Position numbers and translations under genes: made by a program. A DNA stretch of 64,000 nt from Chiloscyllium plagiosum (lineage: Eukaryota), in contig NC_057718.1 in NCBI RefSeq assembly GCF_004010195.1, positions 36,579,809 through 36,643,808 on the forward strand, given 5' to 3'. How positions within the stretch are numbered: position 1 is the first letter of the stretch; each line of letters opens with the position of its first letter. Below are positions 1-13,652 of this stretch, piece by piece. Under the pieces are notes generated by a model, which was not told where the DNA came from, made no database searches, and was given only the letters and a program-made list of their open reading frames with translations.

Positions 1-1749
1 TTGTTTACTTCTCCCCCTATTCCAAACCAGGCGACCCTCCCCCCTATAAGTGACTTGGTTCGCCTCAGTGCTGACATGAGGGAAATTTGCTGAGCTTGGA
101 ATATCTTGATGTTCTTCTTCAACTTATCTATTTGTCTGTAACATCTTCCATTGTATGCAGGCACGTTCCATTCTTGTATGCACATTTTAGCTAACTCAGA
201 AGAAACTATGTATCCCTTTACATAGTCTTTGTTCTTGCATATACATTTTAGCTAACTCAGCTCTTTGCTGAAACAATTATACACTGGTGTAGGTTAGTTC
301 ATTCACCTTGCATAAGCAATTATGCTTGCAGAAGTAATACTACTTTACCTATATCCCATATTCCTGAAACTAAATAGCTTGAAAGTACTTACAGTGAAGA
401 CAAACTGCTTGTTTCGTAAGAACCCATACAACTGCTTGTTTCGTACGAAAAACTGTTTTTTACCTCACAAGGTTAGAGGTCCCCGGTATCAACCGTTAAA
501 TCAGTTCAATATTGGAACTAATCATTGTCAGAACTAAGGAAACTGATTAAAGGGCAGAACTGGAGCCTGCTAGGACCAGAGTTATTTTCTCCTACTTGCT
601 ACTACAAACAAACTTTTGCTAAGGAATTAAGGTTGATTGATAACTTCTGCAAAGTAGTTAGAGGTGCATTCATTTAGCATGCGTCCTTGAAAAAAATTCT
701 CTCAGTTTACGAACTGTCTAATGAACATGAAGTTTGCAAGACCGCTGTGTGCTGGGAAAAGTTCTTGTGGTGTAAAATGGAATAGCGAAGTGGGTCTTGT
801 GATTCATTCTGAATCTTGCTTGATAACAAGTCTGGGTCGATTGATTACTATGGGGGGATGAGATCAAAACGGATGTATTGGGAAGATAATGCAAGATGTT
901 TGAAGTGGATAACCTCAATAGAAGGAGACAGAAAGGCCATTTGTCTTTAATGTTCACCATGCAAAATACTTGTGCGCAGATGGAGAGTGCAGGATAGTGA
1001 AGCTATTGCAGGGTTCATAGATTCACCTAGTTTTGGAGAGAGGAAGGGCTGTCTGGGATGACCCTCAGTGAAAACTAATTCAGGGATTAGAAATTATCAG
1101 CTGGCAAAAGAGAAAGGAAGTAAGGCATCAGGGACTCAGGTTATGTTTGGACTTTTTTTTTTAAAGAGAATCCTGTTCAATTAAGGGACAGAAGAGAGTA
1201 TAACCATGGAGATGAATTGTCGGTTATTTAAAAGTTGAACGGAGCATCTTTTCTGTTGTTTAGAGTATAAATTACTTATTGAAGTGAGAGATGGTGGTTT
1301 TAGTTTATTACAGAAGTCTTAGTGAATTCTTGTGAAATCTTTTCAGTCAATGGAAATTCAAGTATCTTTTTAAAAGCTTTGGCCTCTATTAGAATTTTAC
1401 CAACTGAAGTGTGGTTTTTAAAACCTTATTTTCCTCAAAGAATTTTATTTTAACAAATAGTATTGTTACTTAATAGGAGTAGTTATAATCTACAAGACTG
1501 GCAATGGGTTTATTTTTTGATGTAAGAACGATGTTTCTGAACAAGTGTCAAACACCCTTATGACTTGACAGGATTATCAAAGATTATCTACAAATCCTTT
1601 CACTGACTTGCTTCATATCTCTCCTGTACCATTTATTCCTCTAACCTCATCACCTTTACTCTACCAATTCTAGTTCAAAGGACAAAGTTGTCATTTGCCT
1701 CAGCCCTTGTCCCTACCAATCTGACATTAAGCCTCTTCAGTTGTCCCTT

Positions 1750-2700
1750 TTAAAAAAAACTCATTCATTTGATATGGGCATTGCTGGCTAGCGTTTATTG
1801 CTTGTCCCTAGTTGCCCTTGAAGGTGGTAGCAAGCTGCCTTTTTGAACTGCTGCAGTTGTGTGCTATACATAGACCTGCAATGCTCTAAAGGAAGGAATT
1901 CTAGCATCTCAACCCAGGACACTGAAGGAACCATGATATATTTCCAAGTCAGGATGGTGAGTGACTTGGATTGGGAACTTTCAGGTTGTGGGGTTCCCAT
2001 GTCTCTGTTGCTCTTGTCCTTCTAGATGGAAGTGGTTGTGGGTTTGCAAGGCAGTGTCTAAAGACTTTTGATGAATTTCTGCAGCACATTGTGTAGATAG
2101 TACACACTGTTGCTACTGAGTATCAATGCTGGAGGGAACGAATGCTTATTGATGTGGTTCCAATCTAAGCAGTCTACTTTTTCCTGGATGATGTCGAGCT
2201 TTTTTTTTTGATTGTTGGAGCTGTACCTATTTGGCTACTGGGGAGTATTCCTTCACACGCCTGACTTGTGCCTTTTAGACAGTAGACAGGCTTTGGGGAG
2301 TCAGGAGGGGAATTACTTGCTGCAATATTCCTAACTTCTGATATGCTCTTGAGCCACTATATTCAGAAAGTGGGACCAGTTCCTGGTTAACGGTGATCCC
2401 TAAAATGGTGATAGTGGGGACTTCAATTATGGTAACACCACTGAATGTCAAGAGTCGGTGGTTAAATGGTCTCGTCGGAGGTGATCATTGCCTGGCGTTT
2501 GTGTGGTGCAAATATTACGTGCCACTTGTAAGTCCAAGCCTGGATATTGTTCAGGCCTTGTTGCATTTGAACACGGACTGCTTCAGTATGCAGAGAGTTG
2601 TGAGTGGCACTGAACATTGTGCAATCATTAGCAAACACCCCCACTTCTAAACTTATGATGAAAGGTCATTGATGAGGCAGTTGAAGATGGTAAGGCCTCT
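1750..2700 (-). mobile_element. Decayed non-LTR retrotransposon 3' portion (CR1/L2-group LINE)
   Basis: ORF 2462..2644 reads FANDCTMF...QQGLNNIQAW..KWHVIFAPHK, a decayed RT FADD region. The 3' UTR is shared with copies at about 6600, 21850 and 58850. Confidence 0.8.
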
Positions 2701-3100
2701 TTTATGAAAGTTTTCAATGCACTTTAGCTAACTGCAGTAACAGAGGGCGGAATTTGATTTTAATATATTGAATGCTCTTGTGCCACAATGGTTATGGAAA
2801 ACTAAGCAAGTGAAGCTGAGATAAAGATGGAGTGAAAATGCTTGAAAAATGGAGATGGGCAGTCTATGAGTCGTGCAGAGACAATAGTAAACAAAAGAAC
2901 AGGACAGTCCTGAACAGGTCATTTCACTCCTGAGTAAATTAAGGTACCACCACCACGATGTATCAATGTGAGATTCCACTTTACACCAAAACATATCTAA
3001 ATTTCTGACTGGTATACAAATATATACAATGCAAAGTGATTAAGGGCCCATTAATTGTCTTCTATATTCGTGTGATTGCAAACATATTTCCAAAAAAAGT

Positions 3101-3109
3101 CAAGGATAC
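3101..3109 (-). promoter_or_regulatory. U12-type (minor spliceosome) 5' splice site GTATCCTTG
   Basis: Begins immediately after the 124-nt exon and matches the U12 consensus RTATCCTT. Confidence 0.9.
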
Positions 3110-3233
3110 ACCCACTCCAGCTTTAGCTTCTCAGAAGGCAGTTCTGACTTCATTTCATCATAATTTGATACATCCGAAGGAATGTACATTGTGATAGGAC
3201 GTCCACGCATGAACATCTTGATCATATCTCCCT
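3110..3233 (-). CDS. eml4: EML4 exon (human exon 7 equivalent, 124 nt): EGDMIKMFMRGRPITMYIPSDVSNYDEMKSELPSEKLKLEWV, start of the HELP motif
   Basis: Translation closely matches human EML4 EGEYIKMFMRGRPITMFIPSDVDNYDDIRTELPPEKLKLEW (recalled). Acceptor ttttgaacag, donor GTATCCTT, phase 1 in and phase 2 out. Confidence 0.96.
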
Positions 3234-3351
3234 CTGTTCAAAATAAAAAATATCTTGTTAGCTTTAAAATGATTTAATTGTTTTGTAATAGGATAGGATA
3301 GTATTTTGTGCTACAAGCAATGCAAATTACTTGACTATTCGTAAAGATAAA

Positions 3352-4020
3352 AATCACAACATCAGGTTATAGTCCAACAGGTCTAACTAGAAGCTCTAGC
3401 TTTCGGAGCGCTGCTTCTTCATCAGGTGGTTGTGAAGTACACAATTGTAAGACACAGGATTTATAGCAAAAGTTTACAGTGTGATGTAACTGAAATTATA
3501 CATTGAAAAATGCCTCGATTGTTTGTTGAGTGTCTCATCTGTTAGAATGACCACGATACCTTGCTCAAAAACTGCATGAATTCATGTAAGACTGTGAACT
3601 CACTTTTTAGATTAGAATCAGTCTAAACATTATGGCACAGATAGGGAGCACGGGGGGCTAACACCTTCAACATCTCAACATCTTATCTGGCTGACACCAA
3701 TTGTTACAGTTAACCTTGCGAATGTAACTTTTAAAAAAAGTTTGTGATTTAAATATGAAAGAAGTGAAACTATCATGGTCATTCTAACAGATGAGAGACT
3801 TAACAAACAGTCAAGGTACTTTTCAATGTATAATTTCAGTTACATCACACTGTAAACTTTTGTTATAAATTCTGTGTCTTACAATTGTGTCCTCCACAAC
3901 CACCTGAAGGAGCGGCGCTCCAAAATCTAGTACTTCCAATTAAACCTGTTGGACTATATCTGGTGTTGTGTGATTTTTAACTTTGTACACCCCAGTCCAA
4001 CAACAGCACCTCCAAATCAT
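3352..4020. mobile_element. Penelope-like fold-back insertion with about 210-bp inverted arms
   Basis: About 3350-3558 is the reverse complement of about 3771-3977. aaagataaa flanks both ends. A hammerhead-like CTGATGA...GAAA motif lies in the arm. Confidence 0.75.
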
Positions 4021-6589
4021 AAAGATAAAGAAGCAGTTAGGCACTTAAATGTGTCACAATGCAAATAGCTAAATCTTGGATCATGACATTTGAAACCATT
4101 TAACAATGTTACACTTCATACAAACCACCTAAGTTGGCAATTTGTTGTGATCTAAATCTGTTTCTTTTTAAATGGAGCAAATTACTTTGAGCTATCATCA
4201 CTTAACTGAGAAATATCAACCTTCTACAGAGAATAACCTTCCATAGATTGATTTCTGGCTTTGCCACAGAATGTGATCTGGTTTCTTTAATTTTCAAAAG
4301 AAGAAAGGATAATGTTGTAAGCCTCTAGGTAACTTCAGGAGTACTATTCTTACATTTAAATGGAAAAATGATGTGTAATGCCACCATTGATTTAATGAAC
4401 GTAAAGGGCTACGAAAACATCACAGCCAGAAATTTCTGACTTACTGATTTGAAATGGACAAGTTGAGTAAAACAGCATAAAAGCCCAAATTAGATATGCA
4501 CCACATACAGATCAGTTAAAAGCAGGGATAGGTCAAGGAGGAAAATCTAAATCTTTGAGCCCAGATGGCTGGAAGAATGGCTGTCAAAGCCAGGGTGGGG
4601 TGGGGTGGGGCAGAGATATGTAAGAGATCACAACTGGAAAAAGGCAGAGCTCTTAAATGGTTGTCATGTTGGAGTTGTTGCAAAGATGGGAAGGGATAAG
4701 ATCTGAACATGAGGATGAGAATTTACACAAAATAAAATCGATTTGCTGGTGCAATGCAAGCAATGCCAGCAAAACAGAGAGCTGATGGGTGAGAGTAGAA
4801 CGGAGTCCAAGTTTCAATACAAAGATGGACAATCGTACTAGGATGGAAATAGGCAGCCTTTAAGATGAAGAGGAAATTTATCTCATGGCTAAACAGGATG
4901 TTGAGGTTGCCAAAAGCTTTGTTCAGGGTGAGCCAATGATTAGGAAACAGATTTATGATAGGTGTCCAAAGAAAATAGCTTTAATCTTCTATCAGCTGAA
5001 TGTCAAAAAAAATTACAATTCAACCAGAATTGAATGCAACACCAGTCTGAGAAAAGAGGAAATTTGTTCTATATCTTATCAATTAAATTCAGATGATGAA
5101 AATCTATTCGTTAATCTGTCATGACCCAATAAGTTTTCTATTTCTGCAGGTAAACAGCCAAACTACTTTGTTATTTATGCCAACATTAAACTAGGTAAGC
5201 ACCATGCAATTAGGATGTGAAATGAGGAAAATGCCATCCGAAATACAAAAGAAATGCCTCTACTTCAGCCCATATTTTACTTCCCAAGTAGGAAACCATT
5301 GGTTTAATACATCTGGTACATTTGTAAAGTGCAGCCTCTGAGCATAGATTGACTAGAGAATAAATGAAAAGGAGGTGGTACAGAAAATGAATTGAAAGTT
5401 GGGATGTCATACAGTGTTGCATAGACAAACATTTAAAAATGCCAATATTAATTTAATTTGATGAATACAAATCTAAAGAATTCCTTTAATGAGTAACAAA
5501 CATCAAAACCTGAATAATGAAATTTATATTGCTGATTTTTTTCAAAAATTCGACAAGTTAAAAGGATGCTGAAAATTATGAAAAAGTTAAATCAATGAAA
5601 TTTAGTTTAATGAGAAAGTTCAGGTATTCACATCATCTGAATGATTACATACAGTGATACTTTCCAAATCAGTTGAAGTGCAAATGAATATTTAATTTCA
5701 TTATTGTAACAAAGATATTTAGGTTTAGTAAATAAGTCCTAAGTATGCAAGAGGCGTGCAGGCATATGCATGCATACTTCACAAGTCATTTTACAGCATT
5801 TCATATTAAATTAGTACAATTTTATTAAAACTATTTTGATTACTGCTTTAATAGTATTCCTTCAAAATTCACCAATGTACGAGTTAGACTGACTTGAGAT
5901 ATTACATAAGAAATAGCATAACAAACTTAGTTCCACAGATTTCAAAGACTGCCATTATTAAATGTACCCATTACCTTGTATGCAACTAGATATCAAACTA
6001 ATTCCACTATAGATGAAGTTCGAAACATGAAGAATGATTAGAAATAAGAATAATCTAGAATAACTGGAAAAACACTGACATTACTGGTGCAACAGTTAAT
6101 GCATTAGTAAATTATTTAAAATGTTAAGATTTGTTATTGCAAGCTCTTTGACAACTTGTCATAACCAGCATTTAAATGTTGGCGTACATTGATATTCAGG
6201 TCATAGTACGTTCAAGAAATTCAATATGATCAGGGCAAGTTGGAATGTGGAAACTCAGTCTTTGAAGAAAGCTAAAGATCGATAAGTTTTGAATACCAGT
6301 GACATAAAATAATTTTGTAGATAGTGTGGGCAAAAGGCATTAAAGTGTTTGACCAGCTATGATCATGTTGAATGCAGAAGGCCCAACAGCTTGAATGGCC
6401 TACTCCTACGTTCGACACCCAAATAGCACATAGAAGTAAAGGACGGTATGGATATATTTAGGTGTGAAAGAAATTCTTATGTATAATGGTATTTTCAAAG
6501 ATCACAAACATATTAATGGTGTGGAATAAGCACGGGGTAGGTGGTTAGTACTTATTCCATGAAAAATATGGTTCTCTTGGAAACGTTAA

Positions 6590-7140
6590 CTTGTTTATTC
6601 ACTCGTGGGATGTGGGCATTGCTCACCAGGCTCGCATCAATTGGCCACCCATTAATGCCCTTCAGAAAGTGACGGTGAGCTGCCTTCTTGAACTGCTGCA
6701 ATCCACGTGCTGTAGGTAGACTCACAATGCTGTTAGGAATTCCAGGATTCTGACTCAGCAACACTGTAGGAACTGAGATACGTTTCCAAGTCAAAATGGT
6801 GAGTGGCTTGGAGGGGAACTGGCAGATACTGGTGTTCCCACGTATTTGTTGCCCTTGTCTTGCTGAATGATAGTGATCATGGTTTGGAAAGTGCTGAGTA
6901 AGGATCATTGGTGAATTTCTGTTGATGGTACACACTGCTACTACTGTCTATCAGTAGTAGAAAGACTGGATGCTTGTGGATGGTGCCAATCAAGCGGGTT
7001 GCTTTATCCTGAAGTCAATCTCGAATGTTGTTGGATCTGCACTCATCCAGGCAAGTAGGGAGTGTTCCACCACACTCCTGACTTGTGCTGTGTAGATGGT
7101 GGACAGTCTTTGGAGAGTCAGGTGGTGAGTTAACTAGCAC
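6590..7140 (-). mobile_element. Decayed LINE 3' end, same family as 1750-2700
   Basis: Shared motifs ttcttgaactgctgca, ttccaagtca...gtgagtggcttgga and cacactcctgacttgtgc. Confidence 0.75.
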
Positions 7141-7763
7141 AAGACATAGAGGGTACCTCATGCTGAAAAAACTTATTTGGACATGTAAGGTATCATTAAA
7201 ACTGAACTTGACTGCTCAACTTGCTAATTTCTTAAATTCAGTGAATACAGATTAAGAAAATGGAAGCATATTCATATTACCAGGTTATTGCAATATGGTG
7301 CAAATGTAGTTGGCTTCCTTCTTTGCTCCATTCACAAATAAGGTGTCATGAAAAACCACATAAAAGCTACACTTTAAGCATAGAGCTATCTATAAAATAG
7401 TCTGTAGCACCAAATCTCTCCAAACATTACTTTGAGATCCACAGGCATTTATGTGGATTTCTTATCTATAGTACCTGTGTCTAAGTAAAAGTGCACAGAA
7501 TAAAACTGCCACAGTTCAGCACTCGGTTCAGAAAGCAGAAGCTGTGAAAAAGGTTCGACTTATTATAAGTTGGAAACTTGGGTTCTAAAGAACAGAAAAT
7601 ATCTTCGGCTTTAAGTTTGAGTTGCATTTCTATATTGTGTGTCAATATGGGAAGGCCATGACATTAGTATCGTTTTTGAGTTCTGCGAATGGTACTGTGA
7701 CTTCTGGAGACTTGTTTACATGCATTTAAATTAGATTTTTTTTTAAAAAGGCCCTTGAGGTGA

Positions 7764-7889
7764 TTCCTGAAGAAGGGCTCATGCCTGAAACGTCGATTCC
7801 CCTGCTCCTTGGATGCTGCCTGACCTGCTGCGCTTTTCCAGCAACACATTTTCAGCTCTGATCTCCAGCATCTGCAGTCCTCACTTTCT
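7764..7889 (+). mobile_element. Penelope-like 3' terminal fragment with hammerhead-like motif
   Basis: cctgaagaagggctcatgcctgaaacgtcg...ctcactttctcc, with TSD ccttgagg(t/c)ga. Confidence 0.8.
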
Positions 7890-8929
7890 CCTTGAGGCGA
7901 ATAGTCAGTACATTCAAAATGAAGGTAGAAGAAAGAAAAATAAATGGGCTTTTGCCATACAATACAGTGTCCCATTGTATAGGGAACAAAGACAGACTCA
8001 GTCAGGTCAGGGAGTATGTATTTAGCTTCAGTTAGAGCAAACAGGTGCTGCTGCTTCAGAACTTACCAAAGGTCAGGGCTAGAGAACTGTTTGAGTGGTT
8101 TAAGAGAAAAAGCATTTTGAGTTCTGAAAGAGGGCCACTGGAAAAGTTAAACGATTTCTCTACACAGATGCTGCCAAGCCTACTGAACTTTAAAGTGGAT
8201 ATAGGATGACCCTTTACTGAGATTTAATATGTGTAGCCTGACTGGGTGGAGGAGGGCACTGAGGAGGGAGTTGGGCTGTTATCTGAAAAGGGAAAGTGTG
8301 CAGGAGAATGGCACAGAGTTGTATATCACGGACACAGACCCAACCAGTCCATGCCAACCACAAAGAGCCAGTGGGCCAAATGCCCTATCATGTTGCTGAA
8401 AGTAAAAGGGCTGAAGCTCTATTTCTGATTTTTGTTTGAAGTCTGCTTTGAAAACTTCTATAGGTCCTTTTTGTTTTAAAACTTTGTGGGGAAACTTTTA
8501 TGTTCTGTCCATATAATGGCAGCGTCCTGTGAATGCCATGATGAACAAATAAGTGTAAAACGATAATCTACAAACCAGGTATTACTGAGATCTGACAGAG
8601 CGAATATTACAGCAACTGGTATAATAAAGCAATGCTTGAGCATGGAATCCAACCTCAAGCCATATAAAGGGAATTTGAAATCTAGCAGTTGAGGCTACCT
8701 TGTTGAATGATTTTAAAGGCAAAGATTTTTGAACAGGAAAGGAATTAAGGATTATAGTGAGTGGGTGGTCAAGTGGAGATGAGTCTATGAAGAGTCCTAT
8801 TGAATGGCACAGCAGCTTGGGGGGGGCCAGTCGGCCAACTCCTGCTCCTAGTTCTTATGCATTGCTGCCCTTGTGAAAACAAGTGGTACCATTTTACCAA
8901 GTCAGAGTTGAACAATTCTATAAAGCAGG

Positions 8930-9060
8930 TAAAAACAAGACTGCAGATGCTGGAAACCAGTCTAGATTAGAGTGGTGCTGGAAAAGCACAGCAGGTCAGG
9001 CAGCATCTGAGAAGCAGGAAAATTGACAGTTTGGGCAAAAGCCCTTCATCAGGAATAGAG
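8930..9060 (-). mobile_element. Penelope-like 3' terminal fragment
   Basis: Same gatgctgcctgacctgctg tail motif as the other copies. Confidence 0.7.
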
Positions 9061-9329
9061 CATTACAACTGCAGAAAACACAAGTTTTAATTTTTTTTTT
9101 TATAAATCCAATGGACTATAAATGTGTTCAAATTGCAGCAGAATTAGCAGATATAAAATTGGCTTTCTCAAATCCTATTGTAATTCTTTTTGTAGCAAGA
9201 ACTTGCAGATGTTAAAATAAATCCATAAACATGCTGCAATGAGCCTGAGACACATCTTAAGGGCTTTCTTTTCTTCCTTGTTTGCTCCATTTCCCATTGA
9301 ATAATTGTCAATAAAATATTTAATTGTGA

Positions 9330-9960
9330 ACTCACTGACTCCCACAGCTACCTGAACTAAACATCCTCAAATGTTACACCTTCTAAGTATGCAATTGCAT
9401 TTACCCAATTCCTCCATCACATCTGTTCCAATGAGGCTTTTACAATCCATATTTTTGATACATCTTTCATTTTCTAAACCAGGAAATCTACTTCTCTCTC
9501 CTGCAAGCTGGGTTATCAGAGTTCTCGAACATATTTCCTGTACATCTGCTTTCATCCCTTCCCATCTTTCTAAGAAAGAAAGGGTGACTCATTCTCATCT
9601 TATCTGCTACCAGCCTCCACAATCAAAGGATCATCCTTTATTACTTCTGCCAACATCACTAAACATATCTTTTCTTATCAGGATTTCTAAAGAAGCATCC
9701 CTTCACCATCACCCCAAATGCCCTATCCCCATTGCGACTTTCGAGCATTGCCTCAAGTCTCTAGTCACTTAATATCTCCCATATCCAGTCCTATCACAAA
9801 CTTTGTTTTATTCTTTTTCCCAGCCCATCCCACTTCACCCATATAAAGCTGATACATTTCAAACATACTTCCAAGTTGATGAAAAATCATAAAACAAAAC
9901 ATTAACACTTTCTTTTCCCTTCACACATGCTACTAGGCCTGTTGGGTCTTTCTTGAATTT
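9330..9960 (+). mobile_element. Highly decayed Penelope-like fragment
   Basis: Remnant of the HSYLxY.SSHP..CK.AIP RT C-terminal motif at about 9340-9410 and a decayed tail at about 9870-9960. Confidence 0.5.
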
Positions 9961-11019
9961 TAAACATTGCTGAAAAGAGATACAAGTTGTTGAAGTTTTC
10001 CACTTAAGTTGTCATATGTGCCTTTGTACTGACAAGTGCACGGTGAAGAGCTTCTATAATGCCTCCCTTTCCATCAATATTTCAGTTCTGTTACCAAGTG
10101 ACTATCGTATTTCCTGTTTTTACTTTAAAACGCCTGGATCCACAGCATTTTGCTTTTGTTTACATCTTAAAAGGTATTCAGAACTTTGGAATGCTACATG
10201 GTAATAATGGGCATTAGAAACAGAATGGTGGGGGACTTACATTTTCCAATGAAGATTTCCATTAAGTTAATGAGCACGAACATCACTCAAAATTGAGCAA
10301 ATCAATTACATACTTATTTTGTATACTTAGAATATTTCGGTTTAATTCAGAAAGTATCATATTAATACTTGGGCTACAAACATTCCCTTGATTCTCATCT
10401 CCAGATGATAATGGTGCACAAAAGAATCATCAAGATTGATACTGTAGTCCTCAATCCCGGCTGTGCTGTTAAGAGACAAGCGACTTGAGGCAATGGGGAT
10501 AGGGCATTTGGGGTGATGGTGAAGGGATGCTTCTTTAGACATCAGCCTGCAATAAGGAACAGGTCAGCTGACTGAGCATTAAATGCACGCTCAGAGTATT
10601 AAAGCTTGTATAGGTGTTGAGTGTTATAAAGTCATGCTTTACATCAAAAACTTCACTTATTGAGATGAAACTATTAGTTGAGATTTAAAAGACGGAACAA
10701 CAGCTCTTCAATGTCTTAAAACAGCAAATAAGATGGCCAACATGATTGTGCCCCACAAATTCTAAAGTCATTATAAAACAGAGCTGAGGATTAATCATGT
10801 GTCTCCTAACCACAGAGCTGAAAACAAAGTGCTTTGACCTTTGGGTAACAGGTCAGATGATGAGTAGTGATAACCAGCTAACCTGCTTCTGCTTCGCAAA
10901 CTATTTTTCTTTAGGCCACCAAGCAAATGCACCGAAAAGGACTAAATCAGTTGCAGATTGAAAATGAAAAGTTCTGGTAACATTGTCATGGCCCCATTGA
11001 AACATGCAAGATTCTGAGG

Positions 11020-12180
11020 AAACAAAAACAAATTGCTGGAAACCTCAGCATGTGTGGCAGAAGAAATCAGTTACCCTTCTTCAGAATACCTAGGAAACGT
11101 AGTTTTGATTAATGCCGAAGATGGCCGGGGGGGGGGGGGGGGGAAGAACGTAGGAGAGGAGAACACGGAGGATTAGGAGTAAACATTAGGTGGAGATAAG
11201 TGCCTGAAGAGAGAGAAGAACAGAACAGTTGAACAGACAAAGGAGTGGATAACAGTCAGCCTAGGAGAATGAATGGTTGCTAATGGGACTATTAGTGGCT
11301 AACAATAGGTAGTGTATAATAGCAACCATGGCATAACAAGGCCTGATGTGTGGGGTTGGTTAAGGACTTGGGGGAATGTGCCTTGAGTCCTAAAATTGAT
11401 TATACCCTTTTGGACTCTATCGAGTTAGAGTTACCAAGCAGAAAATGATGTACTGTTCTTTGAACTCGTGCTGAGCTTCCCTGGTTCACTGTAGCAAGCC
11501 TGAGGCAGAGGAGATGTTGGCCTCAGGATGGTGTACTGAAATGGTAAACAACTGGAAGCTTCAGGGTCTTTTTGCAGCCAGAATGCAGGTGTTCTGTAAA
11601 ACTGTTACCCAATCCACACTGCATTTCCCCAATGATGAGGAGACCACATTGTGAGCAGCAAATGCAGTAGATTTAGGTTGAGTGAAGTGCAGGTAAAGCA
11701 CTGCTTCACCTCAAGGTGTTTGTCTGGATTCTTGGATTCTGAACTGGGAGGAAATAAACAGGCATTCTGGATTAGTGGTGCTGGAAGAGCACAGCAGTGC
11801 AGACAGCATCCAAGGAGCAGTAAAGTCGACGTTTCGGGCAAAAGCCCTTCACCACTAATCCAGAATATGGTTTCCAGCATCTGCAGTCATTGTTTTTACT
11901 TAATGGAAATAAACAGGCAGGTGTTCCACCTCCTGCAACTACAGTGGAAGCTGCTGTGGGGCGGTGTGTCCCCCAGTGTCTGTGTGTGCATGCGTCTCTC
12001 CGTTGGGATTGAAGAAGATCGGTCCAGGTTGTCCTAGAGGAAACTGTCTTTGCAGAAGGCTGACAAGGGAGAGGAGGGTAATGTGCAGCTCATAGTGGCA
12101 TTCCACTGGAGGTGGCAGAAATGACAGCTAATAGTCCTCTGGCTGTGGATGTTGGTAGGATGGTAGGCTTATAAACCAAG
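11020..12180 (-). mobile_element. Decayed Penelope-like element with a younger Penelope tail nested at 11765-11904
   Basis: GIY-YIG-region remnant (FTCTSLNL.Y.C..C.L..IG) in ORF 11605..11880. The nested insert is flanked by the 15-bp TSD ggaaataaacaggca. Confidence 0.7.
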
Positions 12181-12196
12181 CAGACACAGGTGCCAA

Positions 12197-12500
12197 GAGC
12201 GGCAGGGTGGCTCAGTGGTTAGTACTGTTGCCTCACAGCGCCAGGGACTGAAGTTTGATTCCAGCCTCGAGTGACTGTCTGTGTGGAGTTTGCACATTGT
12301 CCCCGCATCTGCATGAGTTTCCTCCCACAATCCAAAGATGTGCAGGTCAGGTAATTAGCTGTGCAAAACTGTCCATAGTATTAGGTGCATTAGTCGGGGT
12401 AAAACACATGGAAATAAGTCTGGGTGGGTTACTCTTTGGAGGTCGGTGTGGACTTGTTAAGCCAAATGGCCTGTTTCCACACTGTAGGGAATCTAATCTA
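12197..12500 (+). mobile_element. HE1-type tRNA-derived SINE (V-SINE)
   Basis: A box tggctcagtgg, decayed B box, gtgtggagtttgcac core and atctaatcta tail. Confidence 0.85.
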
Positions 12501-12505
12501 AAAAT

Positions 12506-12802
12506 CACAGTGGTTAGTACTGCTGCCTCACAATGCCAGGGAACTGGGTTGGATTCCAGCCTTGGTTGACTGCCTGCGTGGTGTTTGCACATACCTCCAA
12601 ATGCTCCAAGTTCAAATATGTGCAGCTTAGGTGGATTGGCCATGCTAAATTGTCTATAGTGCCCAGGGATGTACAGGTTAGCTGGGTTAACTATGGTAAG
12701 TGTAGGGTATAGGGGATTGAATGGGATAGGATGCTCTTCAGAGGGTTGATGCAGACTCAATGGGTCAAATGGCCTCTACCTGCACTGTGGAGCTTCTATG
12801 AT
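12506..12802 (+). mobile_element. HE1-related SINE, second subfamily, in tandem with the previous copy
   Basis: Same head (gtggttagtactgctgcctcaca) with a variant body and tail. Confidence 0.75.
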
Positions 12803-13080
12803 TACGATTGCATGTAAAAGAGATGCAAACAAAGCATGACGCTCAGTCAGTAACTTCATTCACTTTCCCTTTCCATTCTTTATGGAAGCTTGAGCTCTGC
12901 CTGTTTTTGGTCATTTATATGACTATGGGACAGTGTTTATAAGATTTAACCTAGCAGTTACTTACTCAATGAAACCAATGCATATCAACATCTTTAAACT
13001 CATCTTAACACAGAAAGACCATCAGATTCAGTCTGAAATTATTCAAGGTATCAATCTACTGAACAAGTGTACCACTTGTT

Positions 13081-13346
13081 GGGGGTGGCACGGTGGCTCA
13101 GTGGTTAGCACTGCTGCCTCACAGCACCTGGGTCCCAGGTTCGATTCCAGCCTCGGGCGACTGTGTGGAGTTTGCACATTCTCTGCGTGGGTTTCCTCCC
13201 ACAGTCCAAAGATGGGCAAGTCAGGTGAATTGGCCATGCTAAATTGCCCATAGTGTCAGGTGCTTTAGTGGGAGGGAAATGAGTCTGGGTGTAGACTGGT
13301 TGGGCTGAATCGCCTGTTTTCACACTGTAGGGAATCTAATCTAATC
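13081..13346 (+). mobile_element. HE1-type SINE
   Basis: A box tggctcagtgg, B box ggttcgattcc, (atcta)n tail. Confidence 0.9.
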
Positions 13347-13652
13347 ACTGATTTGTTTGGACTTTTAAAACTTCTTTACCTATTCTTCCACATTGCAATT
13401 ATTCGCTTTTAAAGCATTACAAAATGAAACTGTCCACGTTCATTATTCACAGTCACAGCAATGAAACACCACTGTTTTGGCAGACATACACTTCACACAA
13501 AAACCCGATCATGGTCAAACAAAAAGAGGAAACCAAACAAGTCCACTCCACTTTGTGCATGGGAAATCTTGTCTCGTGAACTTGATTGAGTTTTTTGAAC
13601 AAGTAACGAAAAGGATTGATGAGGGCAGAGCAGTGAATGTGATCTATATGGA

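Noticed and set aside
1..3100. EML4 exon 8 (YGYRG.DCR.N...) and U12 branch point
   Set aside because: CCTTAA-like motifs near 620-635 are not followed by the expected coding sequence; the exon is likely outside the window.
13083..13155. tRNA gene (A and B boxes)
   Set aside because: It is the tRNA-derived head of an HE1 SINE and continues into SINE body and tail; the same applies to the other copies.
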